Below, piece by piece: positions 1 through 56,974 of a stretch of DNA of 64,000 bases. The notes under the pieces are model-generated. The model had not been told where the DNA came from. It saw nothing but the letters and a program-made list of their open reading frames with translations, and did not search any database. The position numbers and the translations under genes are program-made. Positions within the stretch are counted from its first letter, which is position 1; every line of letters begins with the position of its first letter. The DNA is from the human T2T-CHM13v2.0 reference genome, Homo sapiens, in assembly GCF_009914755.1 (NCBI RefSeq), contig NC_060931.1; one strand, given 5' to 3'.

Positions 1-290
<290 letters not shown>

Positions 291-480
291 AGCTGGTTTC
301 AAGTCCCCTCCCTCTGTACAGTACAGATTGACTTAATCCACTTCTGAGACAGGGAAAATGACAGGTAGCAACATGTTTCTGTAGCAGGTACTTGCTCTTA
401 AACTTTGCCAGGGTTTCTCAACCCCTGCACTGTTAACATTTTGTGCCAGATAATTCTCTGTTGGCAGCTGTCCTGGTTGG

Positions 481-4348
<3,868 letters not shown>

Positions 4349-5106
4349 GCTGTCCTGGTTGTTTTATGCATTGTAGGATATTTAGCAGCAATCCTGGCCT
4401 CAACCTACCAGATGCCAGTAGCACCTGCCGGCTGTAACAATCAAAGATGTTTCTGGAGGAACAATTTGGCTTTCAGGAAGAGCAAATAGTTGGACGTCCC
4501 CTGGGGGAGGCAGAATCGACTTTAGCTGAGAATCACTGTTCTTAGCATTCAGGATAATATGTCAATTAGATATTTTAGCTATTGAGAGAAGGACTGGAAC
4601 TCCATGGACTGGACCTGTTTCCTGCAGAGTTTAAAGTCTCCACCTAGTTCCTAGAAAACAAAGGAGTTTTACTAGAGATCACTTGGGGGTAAAGGTAGTA
4701 TTGTCAAGCAGAGTCAAGAGCTGTTGAAGTCTAATCTCAGGGCAGGGGCCTGCAATTCTGTATCAAGCAAACTAGGTGGTCCCTGTGGAGGCACCCTGGC
4801 TCCAGCACTGCTGCTTTTGGTTCCTGTCAGGTAGGTCCCTGCCCCAATGCCTCTGCATCACAAAGAGCCTCTGCTTGGGTGTAGACTAACCTTCCCTTAG
4901 CAAGGGCCACTTAAGGGCATTGCAGCCAATTACAGGCTCTTTACTCCATAATAGGAGACAGTAAATATTTGAATGAAAGACCTGGATTTCTACCTGTTTC
5001 AGCAATTAGAAGGCACTATGGTGAGAGCAGTTTCAGTGGCATAGTGGGGGAAAGCCAGATTCCAGTGGGTTGTAGATTTCTCCTGTGAATTCTAACTCAT
5101 AACTTA

Positions 5107-5401
<295 letters not shown>

Positions 5402-5489
5402 ACTACTTAAAGGTCAAATAGGCATCTCATACATCACACACTAAACCAAACTCTTCGTTTTCTTCCCACCCTCAAAATCTATTTCTCCT

Positions 5490-5783
<294 letters not shown>

Positions 5784-6442
5784 CTCTCCCTTATTTTAAT
5801 GAATGATATGATTCCTGCTCTCATACCCCACATCCAAACCATCAGCAAATCTTGCTTCTCCCATCATAGGCAATGATCTCTAGCTGTTTGTTGAGCCACC
5901 AATTGCAATTATACTGAATTCACTTGCCAGAAATTCTCCAAGCCAAATAAATTCACTTGGGCCTCTCACAATTTTGAATTCCTGTCCTGCCTGTTTTCTG
6001 TAAGATCTCAGGGAAGGATATACTTCCAGAGAGCCATCTTGTCCAACGCATTCCCAGGATCAATATGTTTTGATAAAAAAACTCCATAAAAATTGGCTAT
6101 GAAGCCGGGAAAACAGGCAATATTCTTTGTCACTGAGAATTTAAACTAATGGGAGAGGGAGGATGGAAATGCATGAGTAGTATATGTGTTGTGCCCTGAG
6201 AAGCAGAGCGACTTGGGAGGAGCAGTTTGGCTTTCAGGAAGAGCAAATAGTTTTGCTGCCACATACACTAGCCGTAGCTCTGTTCTATCATCTGAGTGGC
6301 CAGAGACCAGGAAATGGTAGCAAACCCAAGAGCTTCATGTTTTCCCTTCCTAGTCAAAAAGTGCAGTCTCTTCAGAAGGTGGTAGGAGAGCTTTTAGATA
6401 GAGATTGGGAGGAGAGAGGTGGTAGAATCTTCGTTTACCTCC

Positions 6443-6807
6443 TGTATTAGTCTGTTCTCGTGCTGCTATAAAGAGCTGCCTAAGACTGGGTAATTTATAA
6501 AGGAGAGAGGTTTAATTGACTCAGTTCCTCAGGGATAGGGAGGCCTCAGGAAACTTACAATCATGGTTGAAGGGGATGCAAACATGTCCTTCTTCATATG
6601 GCAGCAGGAAGAAGTGCTGAACAAAGGGGGATAAGCCCCTTACAAAACAATCAGATCTTGTGAGAACTCACTATCATGAGAACAGCATGCGGGTAACCAC
6701 CCCCATGATTCAATTACCTTCCTTCGGGTCCCTCCTACAACATGTGGGGATTATGGAAACTATAATTCAAGATGAGATTTGGGTGGGGACACAGCCAAAC
6801 CATATCA
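6443..6807 (-). mobile_element. THE1/MST (MaLR) solo LTR
   Basis: tgtattagtctgttctc...ggggacacagccaaaccatatca. Confidence 0.85.
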
Positions 6808-7489
6808 CCTCCCATCCTTGACTCCTACCTCCAGGAGCTATTTGATTCCAGGGGGTTGTAGATTTCTCCCTTGAGTTCTAACTCATATTCACAACTACCT
6901 ACTTAAAGATCAAGTAGGCATCTCAAACTTACCACCACAAAACCAAACTCTTCATTCTCCTCCCACCATCCAAACCTAATTCTTCCTCATCTTAATGAAT
7001 GGACCCTCTAATGCCCCAGTTGCTCAGTCCAAAAAGCCTAGATGTCACTCTCTTATACCCTACATCTAAGCCATCAGCAAATCCTGTTGGCCCTACTTTC
7101 AAAATATTGACAGAGACGGACAACTCCCACTCCCTCCAAGGCTTCAGGTCCAATCCACCATCTTCTCCCTAGACTTTGTCAGCTGTCTCCCTGCTTCTAC
7201 TCTTTCCTCTGCATACTCTCTTCTCTATCCAAGAACCAGATAATCTTTTAAAAATATAGCTAAGATGATTTTACATGTTGTTTGGAACTTTCCAAAGGTT
7301 TCTCCTCTCAGAATAACAAAGTCCTTTCATACCTGACAGTTCTTCCTGATCATGCCAGGCACGCTCCCAGTTTTGTTTTCAGCTCCTGTTGTTCTCCTTG
7401 CCTAGAAGCTACTTTCTCAAGCCCTTTACACAACTTTCTCCTTCTCTTCATGTGAGTTCCTGTTTTGAGAGACCTTCTCTAACTATCTG

Positions 7490-7965
7490 TCATGTTTTTA
7501 AAACATATCTGCAAATTCTTTGACACTCTTTTCACCAAGAGTTAGAGTCCAGTTCCTCTCCTCTTGAAACTGACCAAAGTGACTCACTTCTAACAAATTA
7601 AATGTGAAGGCAGTGATGCTTAGTCATAAGAGGTGATAGGTGGGATGCTTGCCCTTGGAACAGAGCTGCAATGCTGGGAGGAACCTCCACCACATTGACA
7701 GGCTGCACAGAGGTATTCCAGCAATAGTCCTCACTGTGGTCATAGTGGACACCTAGCACCAACCATCAGTCAGGTGAGAAGGAACCCTCCAGATGACTCC
7801 AGCTCCAGTCCCTGTTTGACTGGAACCATGTGAGAGACCCTACAGGGAAACTGCCAAGCTCAGCCTAGTCACCCCCAGAAATATGAACGAAAATAAATGC
7901 ATGCTATTGTTTTTAGCCACTAAGTATGAGTGGTTTAATTACATAGCAATAGATAATTGGAACAC
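7490..7965 (+). mobile_element. MLT1-type MaLR LTR (old)
   Basis: gcaaattctttgacactc...ttttagccactaag...catagcaatagataattggaaca. Confidence 0.65.
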
Positions 7966-10166
7966 AACCCTTCTACAGTAGCACTCCCCATCAGTCTCTA
8001 TTTTCTTACGTAGATTTATTTTTCTTTGTAGCCCTTACCATTATCTGACGTATTATAAATTTGTTTTTGTTTCCTGTTCTACCACATGCCCTGGAACTTC
8101 AGCTGTGTGAAAGTAGAAACTTTGCTTTTTTTGCTGATATTTCCCCCACTACCTAGAATGGTGCTTGGTACATACTAGTCACTCAAGCTCAGATTGTTTT
8201 GTTAAATGGATGTACCTGTGGTCTGTGATGTGAAGAAGGCATCCAAGTTGAACAGAGACAGTATGGGCGTGAAAGTATTGTGGAACTTGGAAAGGACCAC
8301 ATAGGAGATATTATTATTATTCTCATTATTCTTGAGGATACTTTTACTTCCCCATTAGTGGTCCTTAATAATGATTTTTTAATGTAGGTAATGAAGTTAT
8401 TTTTTCTTTTTTTCAAAAAAGCAATTTATTTTTGAAGTAGAAATAAAAATTCTGGTGTTTATAGGATCGAGTTTACACTTCCAAGTCTGTAAGAGTGACT
8501 AAGCTTCTGAACCTTTTATGGTTGCATTATGTGCAGGATGAGAAAGGGAATGTTTCTCTCCCCATACCCCTAAGCAAGCAGCCTGCAGGCCAAGACCGGT
8601 GCCCATCTAGAAAGGCGTTTGCCATAAGAGAAGAATCATCTTACCCTATGTACTCCATTGGACTTTAGAAGCCTGTGAGCCGGAAAGTCTCCTTACAAAC
8701 CAGCATAGAGCAAGGTTAGGTGAAGGTCTTTCATGTTTACCCATTGCTGCCCCCCCTTTTTTTTTCATGTTCATTTTTTTTTCCATGGGGCCAAATCATT
8801 ATATTCTTCACCATTACAGCAAATGCATATTGAACATTTCTTCATAGTGATGTCAACTCTTCATGTCATTTTCACAGTCTTGAGGTGAGATTCTGTTGAG
8901 TTTTTTGTGGTTTTATGGCCAGAGACCCAGGAAAGGCTGATTCTTGCCCTGCCAATCATCCCAACCCCGATGGCCCAAGGAGCAACAGCAGATGGGGCTC
9001 TCAGTCCCACTGTAGTAGTATCTGAGCTGCACCCAGTAACCTGCATCATAGAGGTCACTGGGGAAGGGAGTTGTGAGATCGTGTAGGCTTGCATTGCTCC
9101 CCCCTCTCAGCCCCACATCTGAGTTGAAGACCTGTGGGTTCAGGCACACTGTGCAGGAGGGAGATTGGAGACCAAATGGGAATTCCAAGAGATGCACAAG
9201 CAGAAGACTGTTCAGGGCCAGGCAAAAAGGAAGGAAGCTTCATCTCAGATGCTGACCCTGTGAGGCACACCACCCTTCATAAAATAGGGGCCAGTGAGAT
9301 CCTGGGGCTCTGACAAGCACACACTTAATTCTTTTTCTTTGGATGGGATCAGGATCAAGGAGACAAAGGGAATGGGTTAAGGCAAAATCTCTTGGAGATG
9401 GTCATCAGTGTTCTTTCTCCAGTGTTTGCTGTCATCGTCCTTGTCATCATTGTCACCGTCACCATCATTAGCTATAGCAGCACACTTGTACTGAGTCATT
9501 GTTTTACACCAGGTGCTGTGATAGATTCTTCTGTGGATGGGGTTATTTGGATAAACAGGATCTTTTATACAACTTAAGAACAAACAGTCCTGTTTGGGGT
9601 AGCATTTGGGGTGCACTTGACTGATGCCAAGCAGAGCATGAAAAGGACTGTCACAGAATTTGCATTCTGGAGAACTCTGGAGGGGAAAGAAGACCCTCTC
9701 CTGGCCTAGGGCACTGGAGGCTTCATGAAGAACATGATATTTGATCTGAGCCTTGAAGGACAAGTGGAATTTTGTAGATAGAAATGGGCAAGTTGGGCTG
9801 CCTGAACAGCATGAGGGGGACTAAAAGCATGGTGTCTTTGGTAAATGAGAGGGACTTGGACTAGAAGGCAGTTGTTGTGACCCTCTGAGTAATTCTTTTT
9901 CCTCCGCCACGCCCTTTGCAGCCTATTACTGTAATTGATAGGAAGCTGCATATAATTCCTCCCACATGAACTCATTTTTATGAGGCCTTTCTTCATTTGT
10001 TTCCTTTCCCAAGTCAATGAGTGGAGAAGCACATTCCTAGGGATTATGATAGCCGATTTCCTGCATGTTCTTCACTCACAGAAAAGCAATGCCAGATCTG
10101 GTCTCCTTTCTTTCCTTTCCATGTATGTAACAGACCTTTCTTTTTTTGAAAAAAGAGAACACATAG

Positions 10167-10615
<449 letters not shown>

Positions 10616-11840
10616 GATCTCGTTCCTTTTTATGGCTGCATAGTATCCCATGGTGTATATGTACCACATTTTCTTTATTCAGTCCGTAATTGATGGGTGT
10701 TTAGGTTAATTTCATATCTTTGCTATTGTGAGTAGTACTGCAGTGAACATATGTGTGCATGTGTCTTTATGATTTATATTCCTCTGGATATATACCCAGT
10801 AATGGGATTGCTGGGCCAAATGGTATTTCTGTCTTTAGATCTTTGAGGAATTGCCACACTATTTTCCATAATGGTTGAACTAATTCACACTCCCACCGAC
10901 AGTGTATAAGTGTTTATTTTTCTCCACAACCTTGCCACACCTGTTATTTTTTGACTCTTTATTAATAGCCATTCTGACTGGTGTTAGATGGTATCTTATT
11001 GTGGTTTTGATTTGCACTTCTCTAGTAATCAGTGATGTTAAGCTTTTTTTTTATATGATTGTCGTCCACATGTATGTCTTCTTTTGAAAAATGTCTGTTC
11101 ATGTCCATTGCCCATTTTTTAATTTTTTTTTCTTGTACATTTAAGTTCTTTATAGATGTTGGCTATTAGACCTTTGTTGGATGTATAGTTTGCATTTCTT
11201 TTCCCCAGTCTGTGTTCTTGGCACCTTTGTCAAAAATGAGTTCACTGTAGATGTGTAGATTTGTTACTGGGGTCTCTATTCTGTTCCATTGGTCTATGTG
11301 TCTGTTTTTATACCAGTACCAGGCTGTTTTGGTTACTATAGCTCTGTAGTATACTTTGAAGTCAGGTAAATGTGTTTCCTCCAGTTTTGTTCTTTTTGCT
11401 GATGTTAGCTTTGGCTCTTCTTGGTCTTTTGTGAATCCATACAAATTTTAGGATTAAAAAAATATTTCTGTGAAGAATGTCATTGGTATTTTGATAGGGA
11501 TTGCATTGAATCCATATATTGCTTTGGGTATTGTGGGCATTTTTAACAATATTGATTCTTGAAATATATAAACATGGAATATCTTTCTATGTTTTTGTGT
11601 CCTCTTCAATTTCTTTCATCGGTGTTTTATAGTTTTCATTGTAGAGATCTTTCACTTCTTTGATTAAGTTAATTCCTAGGTATTTAATTTTATTTGTGGC
11701 TATTGATTTTATTTCAGATTGTTCCTTGCTGGCATATAGAAGTGCTACCAATTTTGTACGTTGATTTTGTATCCTGCAAATTTACTGAATTTGTTTATCA
11801 GTTCTAATAGTTCTTTGGTGGAGTCTTTAGGTTTTTAAAA
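10616..11840 (-). mobile_element. Old L1 ORF2 3' fragments
   Basis: ORF2-like peptide [31 protein letters not shown]. Confidence 0.85.
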
Positions 11841-12121
11841 TATCATTTGGAAGTCATATGGAAATATCATTTAGAAATCATTTCCAAATACCATTTAGAA
11901 ACCATTTGAGTGTTTTCTTACTTCCTGGCACAAAAAGTGTCCTGGGCTCATCTTGAACATTTTTAGTCCTAGCCCTGGCATCAGCTATTTCTCTAACGAG
12001 CTCTGGTTCCCTTCAGTGGAAAATGATATTCATAAGCCAAGATCTAGGCACTAAGTATACTCATTGCTATTGAAATGTCATTGTTATCTAGCCCTATCAG
12101 TGAAGTAGGGAATATATGTTT

Positions 12122-12125
<4 letters not shown>

Positions 12126-12164
<39 letters not shown>
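12126..12164 (+). repeat. (CA)n microsatellite
   Basis: About 19 perfect CA units. Confidence 0.95.
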
Positions 12165-12167
<3 letters not shown>

Positions 12168-13540
12168 CATGCTCACACATACAAACACATATATTTACAT
12201 CTAATTATCTATCAACTATCTATTATCTATCTATCATCTGTCTATCTATCCATCTATCTATCTAGAAAAGTATGAATGTACACTGATACATCCATTCCAA
12301 TCTAACACCATAGGATTAATGCTAGCTTTCTCCCTTTCTGAATCTATGACTCTTTTCTGCAAAAGTGACACACCTAGCTTCCAGTATACTTTATTTACTT
12401 ATGTGATCAATCCCTTCTATGTAGCCAACTCTCACCCATCCCTTCCCACTCAGGGATACCCTCCTCACCTCACGTGGGTTCTCCAGGCCCTATTTAGGCT
12501 CTGGCTGCTCTTGAAGGCCACACCTCTGTGTGGACCCCTTCTCTGATTGCTTGGGCTCCCGCTTCCAGGTCAGGCTGCCCCTCCATGTGGATGCCTTCCC
12601 CAGCACACTTGGAATCTGACTTGGAGCCACCATGACTCTCTTGTCCACCTTAATGTGTGGCTACCACATGGCTGCAACCCACCTAATGGCTTTAGTATTC
12701 AGAAAAGGAGGGAAAATGAAAGAATAAAAAAGGAAAATGAATAGTGCTTTTAGACATGCTGCCCAATCAACTGACGAATTGACAATTTTTTATTCAGTGT
12801 TCATTGCATTAAGACAATTGGGAGGTGAAGATGGAATGCAAGACGTATAAGAAAACATGTTTCCTGTGTTCCAGAAATGTCAGGGGAGATGTGGTAAAAA
12901 TAATAAATCATAACTAATAATATGATAAGTGCTTCGTTGAGTGTTACAAAAAATATGTTCTTCAAAGAAGGCAGAATGAAACTATGAATATTTTCTCCAA
13001 ACAATGGGCAAAGTCACAGCAGATTAACTCTCACCTATGTTAATAATCAAATTGGAATTCTGACAAAGGCCCCACACCAACAGTGATTACAATGATAAAA
13101 AATGTTTATTTGCTGGTTTTCAGTCATTCAGTTCTATAGATTTCTCTTTAGTGTGCAGGATGGCATCAGATAATATTTTTGTAAAGGGGATTTTATCACT
13201 TCGCTTAATATAAAACTTATAGAATATTACAAATAAAACGTGATATAAATGTCACTATTAGAGTCATCATGATAATTCTTATTTTTCTTAAAAGTTATGG
13301 ATCAAATTGTTGAGAAATATTTATTCTCTGATGAGAGCTCAGGAGGAGTTGATAATGCTAACTAGAGGTGGGTAGAGGTAGTCCTATGAGAAGCAGAGAA
13401 GCTGAGTCTACCTATCTGTCACTTACCTGGTCACCTCCTTTATACTACATAATGCACAACACTCTACACAGACTCTGGGAGAGCTCAATGAATGTACAAA
13501 ATCACCAACTACTCATGCAGTACATTAGATTAAGCCCATC

Positions 13541-13559
13541 TTTATTTCAAGGTTTTATT
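13541..13559 (-). terminator. Tandem AATAAA polyadenylation signals of CYP3A5
   Basis: tttatt at 13541-13546 and 13554-13559, about 75-90 nt after the stop. Confidence 0.8.
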
Positions 13560-13631
13560 GACTAAGTTGAAATCTCTGGTGTTCTGGGGCACAGCTTTCT
13601 TGAAGACCAAAGTAGAAATCCTTAGAATAAC

Positions 13632-45416
<31,785 letters not shown>

Positions 45417-45539
45417 CGCCACTTTCCTTCTTCAACTGTGTTCTGTGAGTCTTCCTTTTAGCTGAGTGCTGCTGTTTGCTGGGCTGTTTGCCTGGAGCTT
45501 CCCTGCCCTGCACAGCAGTCTTCAGCCAAGCTGCTGAAA

Positions 45540-45590
45540 GATTTATGTGCTGGAGAAGGAGGCAGGGCTATAGCTGCAGCCAATAGCAAA
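45540..45590 (-). promoter_or_regulatory. CYP3A5 core promoter: CATAAA TATA-like box, GC-rich BTE and inverted CCAAT
   Basis: CATAAA at 45547-45542, CCCTGCCTCC upstream of it, CCAAT on + strand at 45580-45584. Confidence 0.7.
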
Positions 45591-45611
45591 GAATCGCACA
45601 CACCCCTTTGC

Positions 45612-45629
45612 TGACCTCTTTTGAGTTCA
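45612..45629 (-). promoter_or_regulatory. ER6 PXR/CAR/VDR-RXR response element
   Basis: TGAACTcaaaagAGGTCA, an everted repeat with 6-nt spacer, as in proximal CYP3A promoters. Confidence 0.88.
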
Positions 45630-46529
45630 TGTTCTATGAGGAATCATGAAAAGCTTAATCAGTGTTATCGGGGAGTCCAAGGGTTCTGGGTTCTTATCAG
45701 AAACTCAAGTGGAGCCATTGGCATGAAATCTATTAACCCTCCTCTCACCTGCCCCTCCATGGCTGCCTTCATTCTAGAATAATTGAAATCCATCCTCACA
45801 AGCCACACCTACACATCTTTACCCACGAAATTCCCTCTGCCTGGAGTGTACCTGTGCCCTCTAGATGACTCCTACGTATCCTTCCAAGCCCAGCCAGACA
45901 GACCCCTTCTGCTAAAATTTTTCCTTACCAACCTCCTCACACAAATGTAACCATTTCCTCCTCTGGGTGCCTCCTATCCCCCTCACACAGTCCTATTGTC
46001 CTCTTTTCTCTCTACCACCATTGTAAGTTTCTATGCCTGTTTCCCTTAGCAGAGGTGAGCTCCTCAAGGGCACAGTCTGGTATTATTTACTTTCATGACC
46101 CTGGTTCCTAGCAGGGTACTGTACACATGGTGGGTAACCAGGAATGTTGGTGGAGTTGTCTTGGGTGAGATTGCTGGGCGTCTCATCCCCTCTGACTCTG
46201 TGGTGATAGCAATAGACTAATGGTTGCTTGGGACTCAAATGCAGCCACACTGTGTCCCAACTAATAAAGTTGGTCTTGTTCTGCAAAGGAAAATAATAGA
46301 AATCATGTTCTGCCACTTAATTCCTCATAAGGTAACATAACATGAAGAGACTTACCTGTTGAGAGTTGTACTGAATCTGTCAAGGAAGATACTGTGTATC
46401 AGAAGAACACCCAACCAGTTTGTGCCTCTCATCTATTCATTCCTGTATTAAAGCATTCATGATGTATTTTAAAAGCTGTGCTCCCAGTACTTGGGTACAA
46501 CACTGACTAAGGCCCAGACATTAGCTCAG

Positions 46530-48550
46530 TTGTTTTGATTTGTAGATCCCACAAGTATGTGAGAACTTGCAATATCTGTGTTTCTGTGCCTGGCTTATTT
46601 CACTTAACATGATGACCTCCAGTTCCATCCATATTATTACAGATAACAGGATCTCATGCTTTTTTCATGGCTGAATTGTGCTCCATTGTGTATAATTGGA
46701 GTACTTTCTTTATCCATTCATCTGTTGATGGACACTTAGGTTGCTTCCAAATCTTGGCATTTGTGAATAGTGGCTATTGTGAATATTGGAGTGATGTTAT
46801 CTCTTCAATATATGATTTCCTTTCTTCCAGGTATATACCCAGCATGGGGATTTCTGGATATTGTGGTAGCTCTATTTAATGTTAATTTTAATGTTTTGAG
46901 GAACCTCCAAATTGTTCTCTATAGTGGTTGCACTAATTTACACCAACAGTGTACAAGGGTTCCCTTTTCTCCACATTCTCGCTGGCATTTGTTGTTGCCT
47001 GTCTTTTGGATAAAAACCATTTTAGCTGGGGTAAGATGATATCTCATTGTGGTTTTGATTTGCATTTCTCTAATGACCAGTGATGTTGAGCACCTTATCA
47101 TATGCCTATGTGGCATTTGTATGTCTTCTTTTGAAAAATGTCTATTCAAATTTTGCCCATTTTTTGATTGGATTATTAGATTTTTCCTTACAGAGTTGTT
47201 TGAGCGCTTCATGTATTCTGGCTATTAATCTGTTGTCAGAGTGTGACTTTGAAAATATTTTCTCCCATTCTGTGGTTTGTGTCTTCACTTTGTTGATTGC
47301 TTTCTTTGTGGTACAGAAGCTTTTTAACTTGATCTGATCCATTTGTCCATTTTTGCTTTGGTTGCCTGTGCTTGTGGGGTAGTTCTTCAGAAAGTTTTGC
47401 CCAGACCAATATCCTGAAGAGTTTCCACAATGTTTTCTTGTAGCAGTTTCATCGTTTGAGGTCTCAGATTTCAGTTTTGTTTTTTGTTTTTTTGTTTTTT
47501 GTTTTTCTGACAGAGTCTCACTCTCTTGCCCAGGCTGGGGTGCATTGTCATGATCTCAGCTCACTGCCACCTCCGCCTCCTGGGTCCAAGTGATTCTGCC
47601 ACCTCAGCCTTCTGTGTAGCTGGGACTACAGGCACGCACCAGCATGTCCAGCTAACTCTTGTATTTTTTGGTAGACATGTGGTTTCACCATGTTGGCCAG
47701 GCTGGTCTTGAACTCCTGACCTCAAGTGATACACCCGCCTCGGCCTCTCAAAATGCTGGGATTACAGGCATGAGCCACGGCACTCAGCCAGGTTTCAGTC
47801 TTTCGTCCACCTTGATTTGATTTTTGTGTCTGGTGAGATACAGGGTTCTAGTTTCATTATTCTGCATGTTAAAATCCAGCTTTCCCAGCACCAGAAGAGA
47901 CTGTCTTTTCCCCCAGTGTATGTTCTTGACAACATTGTTGAAAATGAGTTCACCGTAGGTGTGTGGAATTGTTTCTGGGTTCTCTATTCTATTTCATTGG
48001 TCTGTGTCTGTTTTTATACAAGTACCATACTGTTTTGGTTATTATACCTCTGTAGTATAATTTGAAGTCAGGTAATATGATTCCTCCAGTTTTGTTCTTT
48101 TTGCTGAAGGTAGCTTTCGCTATTCTGGGTCTTTTGTGGTTCCATACAAATTTTAGGGTTTTTTTTTTTCTATTTCTTTGAAGAATGCCATTGGTATTTT
48201 GAGAGACTGCATTGAATCTGTGCATTGCTTTGGGTAGTATGGACATTTTTAACAATATTAATGCTTACAATATATAAACATGGAATATCCTTCTTTTTTG
48301 TGTCTTCTTCAATTTCCTTCATCAGTGTTTTACAATATTAATTGTAGACATCTTTCTCTTAAGTTAATTCCCAGGTATTTAGTTTTATTTGGGGTTATTG
48401 TAAATGGGATTACATTTTTTATTTTTGCCAGATTGTTCACTGTTGGCATGCAGAAATGCTACTGGTTTTTGTATGTTGATTTTGTATCCAGCAACATTAC
48501 TGAATTTGTTTATCAGATCTAATAGTTCTTTAGTGGAGTCTTTAAGTGTT
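46530..48550 (-). mobile_element. Old L1 (L1MA/PB-like) 3' portion with an Alu inserted at about 47475-47790
   Basis: ORF2 C-terminal peptides ([23 protein letters not shown]) and 3'UTR. Confidence 0.85.
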
Positions 48551-49689
48551 TCCATATATCATTTGGAAATCATTTGGAAATATCATTTGGAAATCATTTT
48601 CAAATATCATTTCCAAACATTACTTGGAAATCATTTGAACATCTTCTTGCTTCCTGGCACAAAATGTATCCTAGGCTTATCTTGAACATTCTTAATCCTG
48701 GCCCTGGAATCAGCCATTTCTCTAAAAAGCTCTGGTTCCTTTCAGTGGAAAATGGTATTAATAAGCCAAGATCTGGCCACTAAGTGTGCTCATTGCTATT
48801 GAAATGCCATTGTTACCTAGCCCTATCAGTGGAGAGAAGTAGGGAGTATATGTTTTTTTGTACACACACACAAACACATACATACATTTATGTCTATCTA
48901 ATTATCTTGTCCTCTTGTTATCTTTTTATCACCTATCTAACCATTTATCTATCTAGAAGGGTATGAATATACATGGATACATCCATTTTAATCTAATTTC
49001 ATAGGATTCCTGCTAGTTTTCTCCCTTTCTGAATCCATGACTCTTTTCTGCAAAAGTGACACACCTGGCTTCCAGTATACTTTATTTACTTATTTCATCA
49101 ATCCCCTTTATGTAGTGAAACCTCACCCATCCCTTCCCACTCATGGATGCCCTCCTCACCTCATGCCCTAAATATGTTCTCCATGCCCTGTTTAGGCTCT
49201 GGCTGCTTTTTCAGGCCACCCCTCTGTGTCGACATTTTCTCTGCTTGCTTGGACTCCCATACACAGGCCGGGCTGTTTCTCCACGTGAACACCTACTTGA
49301 TCCTCACCCTACTAGGTCTCTGACTTGGAACCATCATGACACTCTCTTTTCTACCTTAATGTGTGGCCACCATCTGGCTGCCACCCACCTAATGACTTTA
49401 GGATAAGTTACTCAGGAAGGGAAAGTAAAGAAAGAAGTGGGAACAGACAAGGAATGAGTGTGTTTAGCCTGTTGCCCAATCAATTGACCAATTGACTGTT
49501 TCTTATTAAGTGTTCATTGCAGTAAGACAGTTGGGAGTTGAGAATGGAATGCAAGAGGTGTAAGAAAACATGTTTCCCATCTCCCAGAAATATCAGGGGA
49601 GATGGTTTGAAAACATTAAATCAAAACTAATAATATAATAAGGGATTCAGTTGTATGTTATAAAATGTATGTGCTTCAAAAAGGCATAA

Positions 49690-49996
<307 letters not shown>

Positions 49997-50658
49997 TAAT
50001 TAAACTATGAATGTTCTTTCTAAGCAATGGGCAAAGTCACAGTGGATTAATTCTCACCTATGTTAATAATCACATTGGAGTTCTGACAAATGCCCCACAC
50101 CAACAATGGTTACAATGATCACATATATTTACTTGTTGGTTCTCATTCATTCAGTTCTATAGATTTCTCCTTAATGTTCAGGAAAGTATCCGATGATACT
50201 TTTGTAAGAGGTTTTTATTGATTTGCTTAATATAAACTTATTATAGAATGCTCCAGATAAAACAGATGATATAAATGTCACTGTTAGAGCCATCAAAATA
50301 ATTCTTATTTTCATTAATAATTTTGGATGAAATTATTGAGAAATTTTGATTCTTTTATCAGAGCTCAGGAGGAGTTAATGGTGCTAACTAGGGGTGGCTG
50401 AGATTGTCCTGTGAGAAACAAAGAAGCCAAATCTACTTCCCAAGCACTGATTTGGTCACTTCCTTTATATTCCCAAGTATAACACTCTACACAGACAGGG
50501 AGAGAGCTCAGTGCATGTACAGAATCCCTGGTTATTTATGCAGTACAGTGGATGAAGCCCATCTTCATTTCAGGGTACTATTCACAAAGTAATTTGAGGT
50601 CTCTGGTGTTCTAGGTCACAGCTTTTTTGAAGAGCAAAGCAGAAGTCCTTAGGGAAAT

Positions 50659-50763
<105 letters not shown>

Positions 50764-50868
50764 TTAAACAAGCATATTGAGAAGCATTAAATAAAGCAAA
50801 ATTAGAAACTGTAGCATCAAAGTAAACAAAAAATGTATTGCTGACTATGCACATAGTTTGTGACCATT

Positions 50869-51537
50869 ACAAACTATGTGGAAATTCAGGGAGGTAAAGC
50901 AAGACAAAGATGTTCCAAGGAAAATATGAGGAGGATTTCATATCAGTTTTGAAATAATTCTCCTTTGCTAAAAGATCAATAACAAGGGTGACACCACACC
51001 AAGGTTGGACAGGCAGTCGCTGGGCAGGTGCCCTTGCAGAAATATTTTTGTGTAAGGTTGGGATTGCCTTTGTGCAAACTTGTGGTTTCGCAAAGCGTTT
51101 GTGATAGTTGTGTTATCAGGCACACGAGCATGGGAATCCCCTCTTCACAGCCTGCTTTATTTGTCATGATTTTTAAACACACACACTGACACACACACAC
51201 AAATACACACGTGACATCATTTGGTTCTGACAACGTCCACATTTGCTATTGTAAAACTTTTCAAGGCTTGTCCTACCAAGGATCCCATAAGTCACCTAGT
51301 GTCGAGGTCTTCAGTGAAACTAGGCTGGGAGCCTTGTGGTTACCACTTTTCTCCAGACTTTGGTGGCCCAGGGACTCCCAGCATCACGTTCTTTCCAGTG
51401 TCTTCCCTTGTTCTTTTTTTCTTCCTTAGGTGACCTTTTATCACATGCATTGTCTCAGACCCTCTAATATGTGCTCATAAATGCATGGCATTATCTCCTT
51501 CCCACATCAATACACTTTCAATTAAAAGCCAAAACTC
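50869..51537 (+). other. Inverted paralogous copy of CYP3A intron 3
   Basis: Reverse complement aligns continuously to 39011-39668 (e.g. gagttttggcttttaattgaaagtg, ggatccttggtaggacaagcc, caaggttggacaggcag). Confidence 0.9.

Positions 51538-56974
<5,437 letters not shown>

Noticed and set aside
48555-48640. CRISPR-like repeat array
   Set aside because: No unique spacers, degenerate short units, eukaryotic context.
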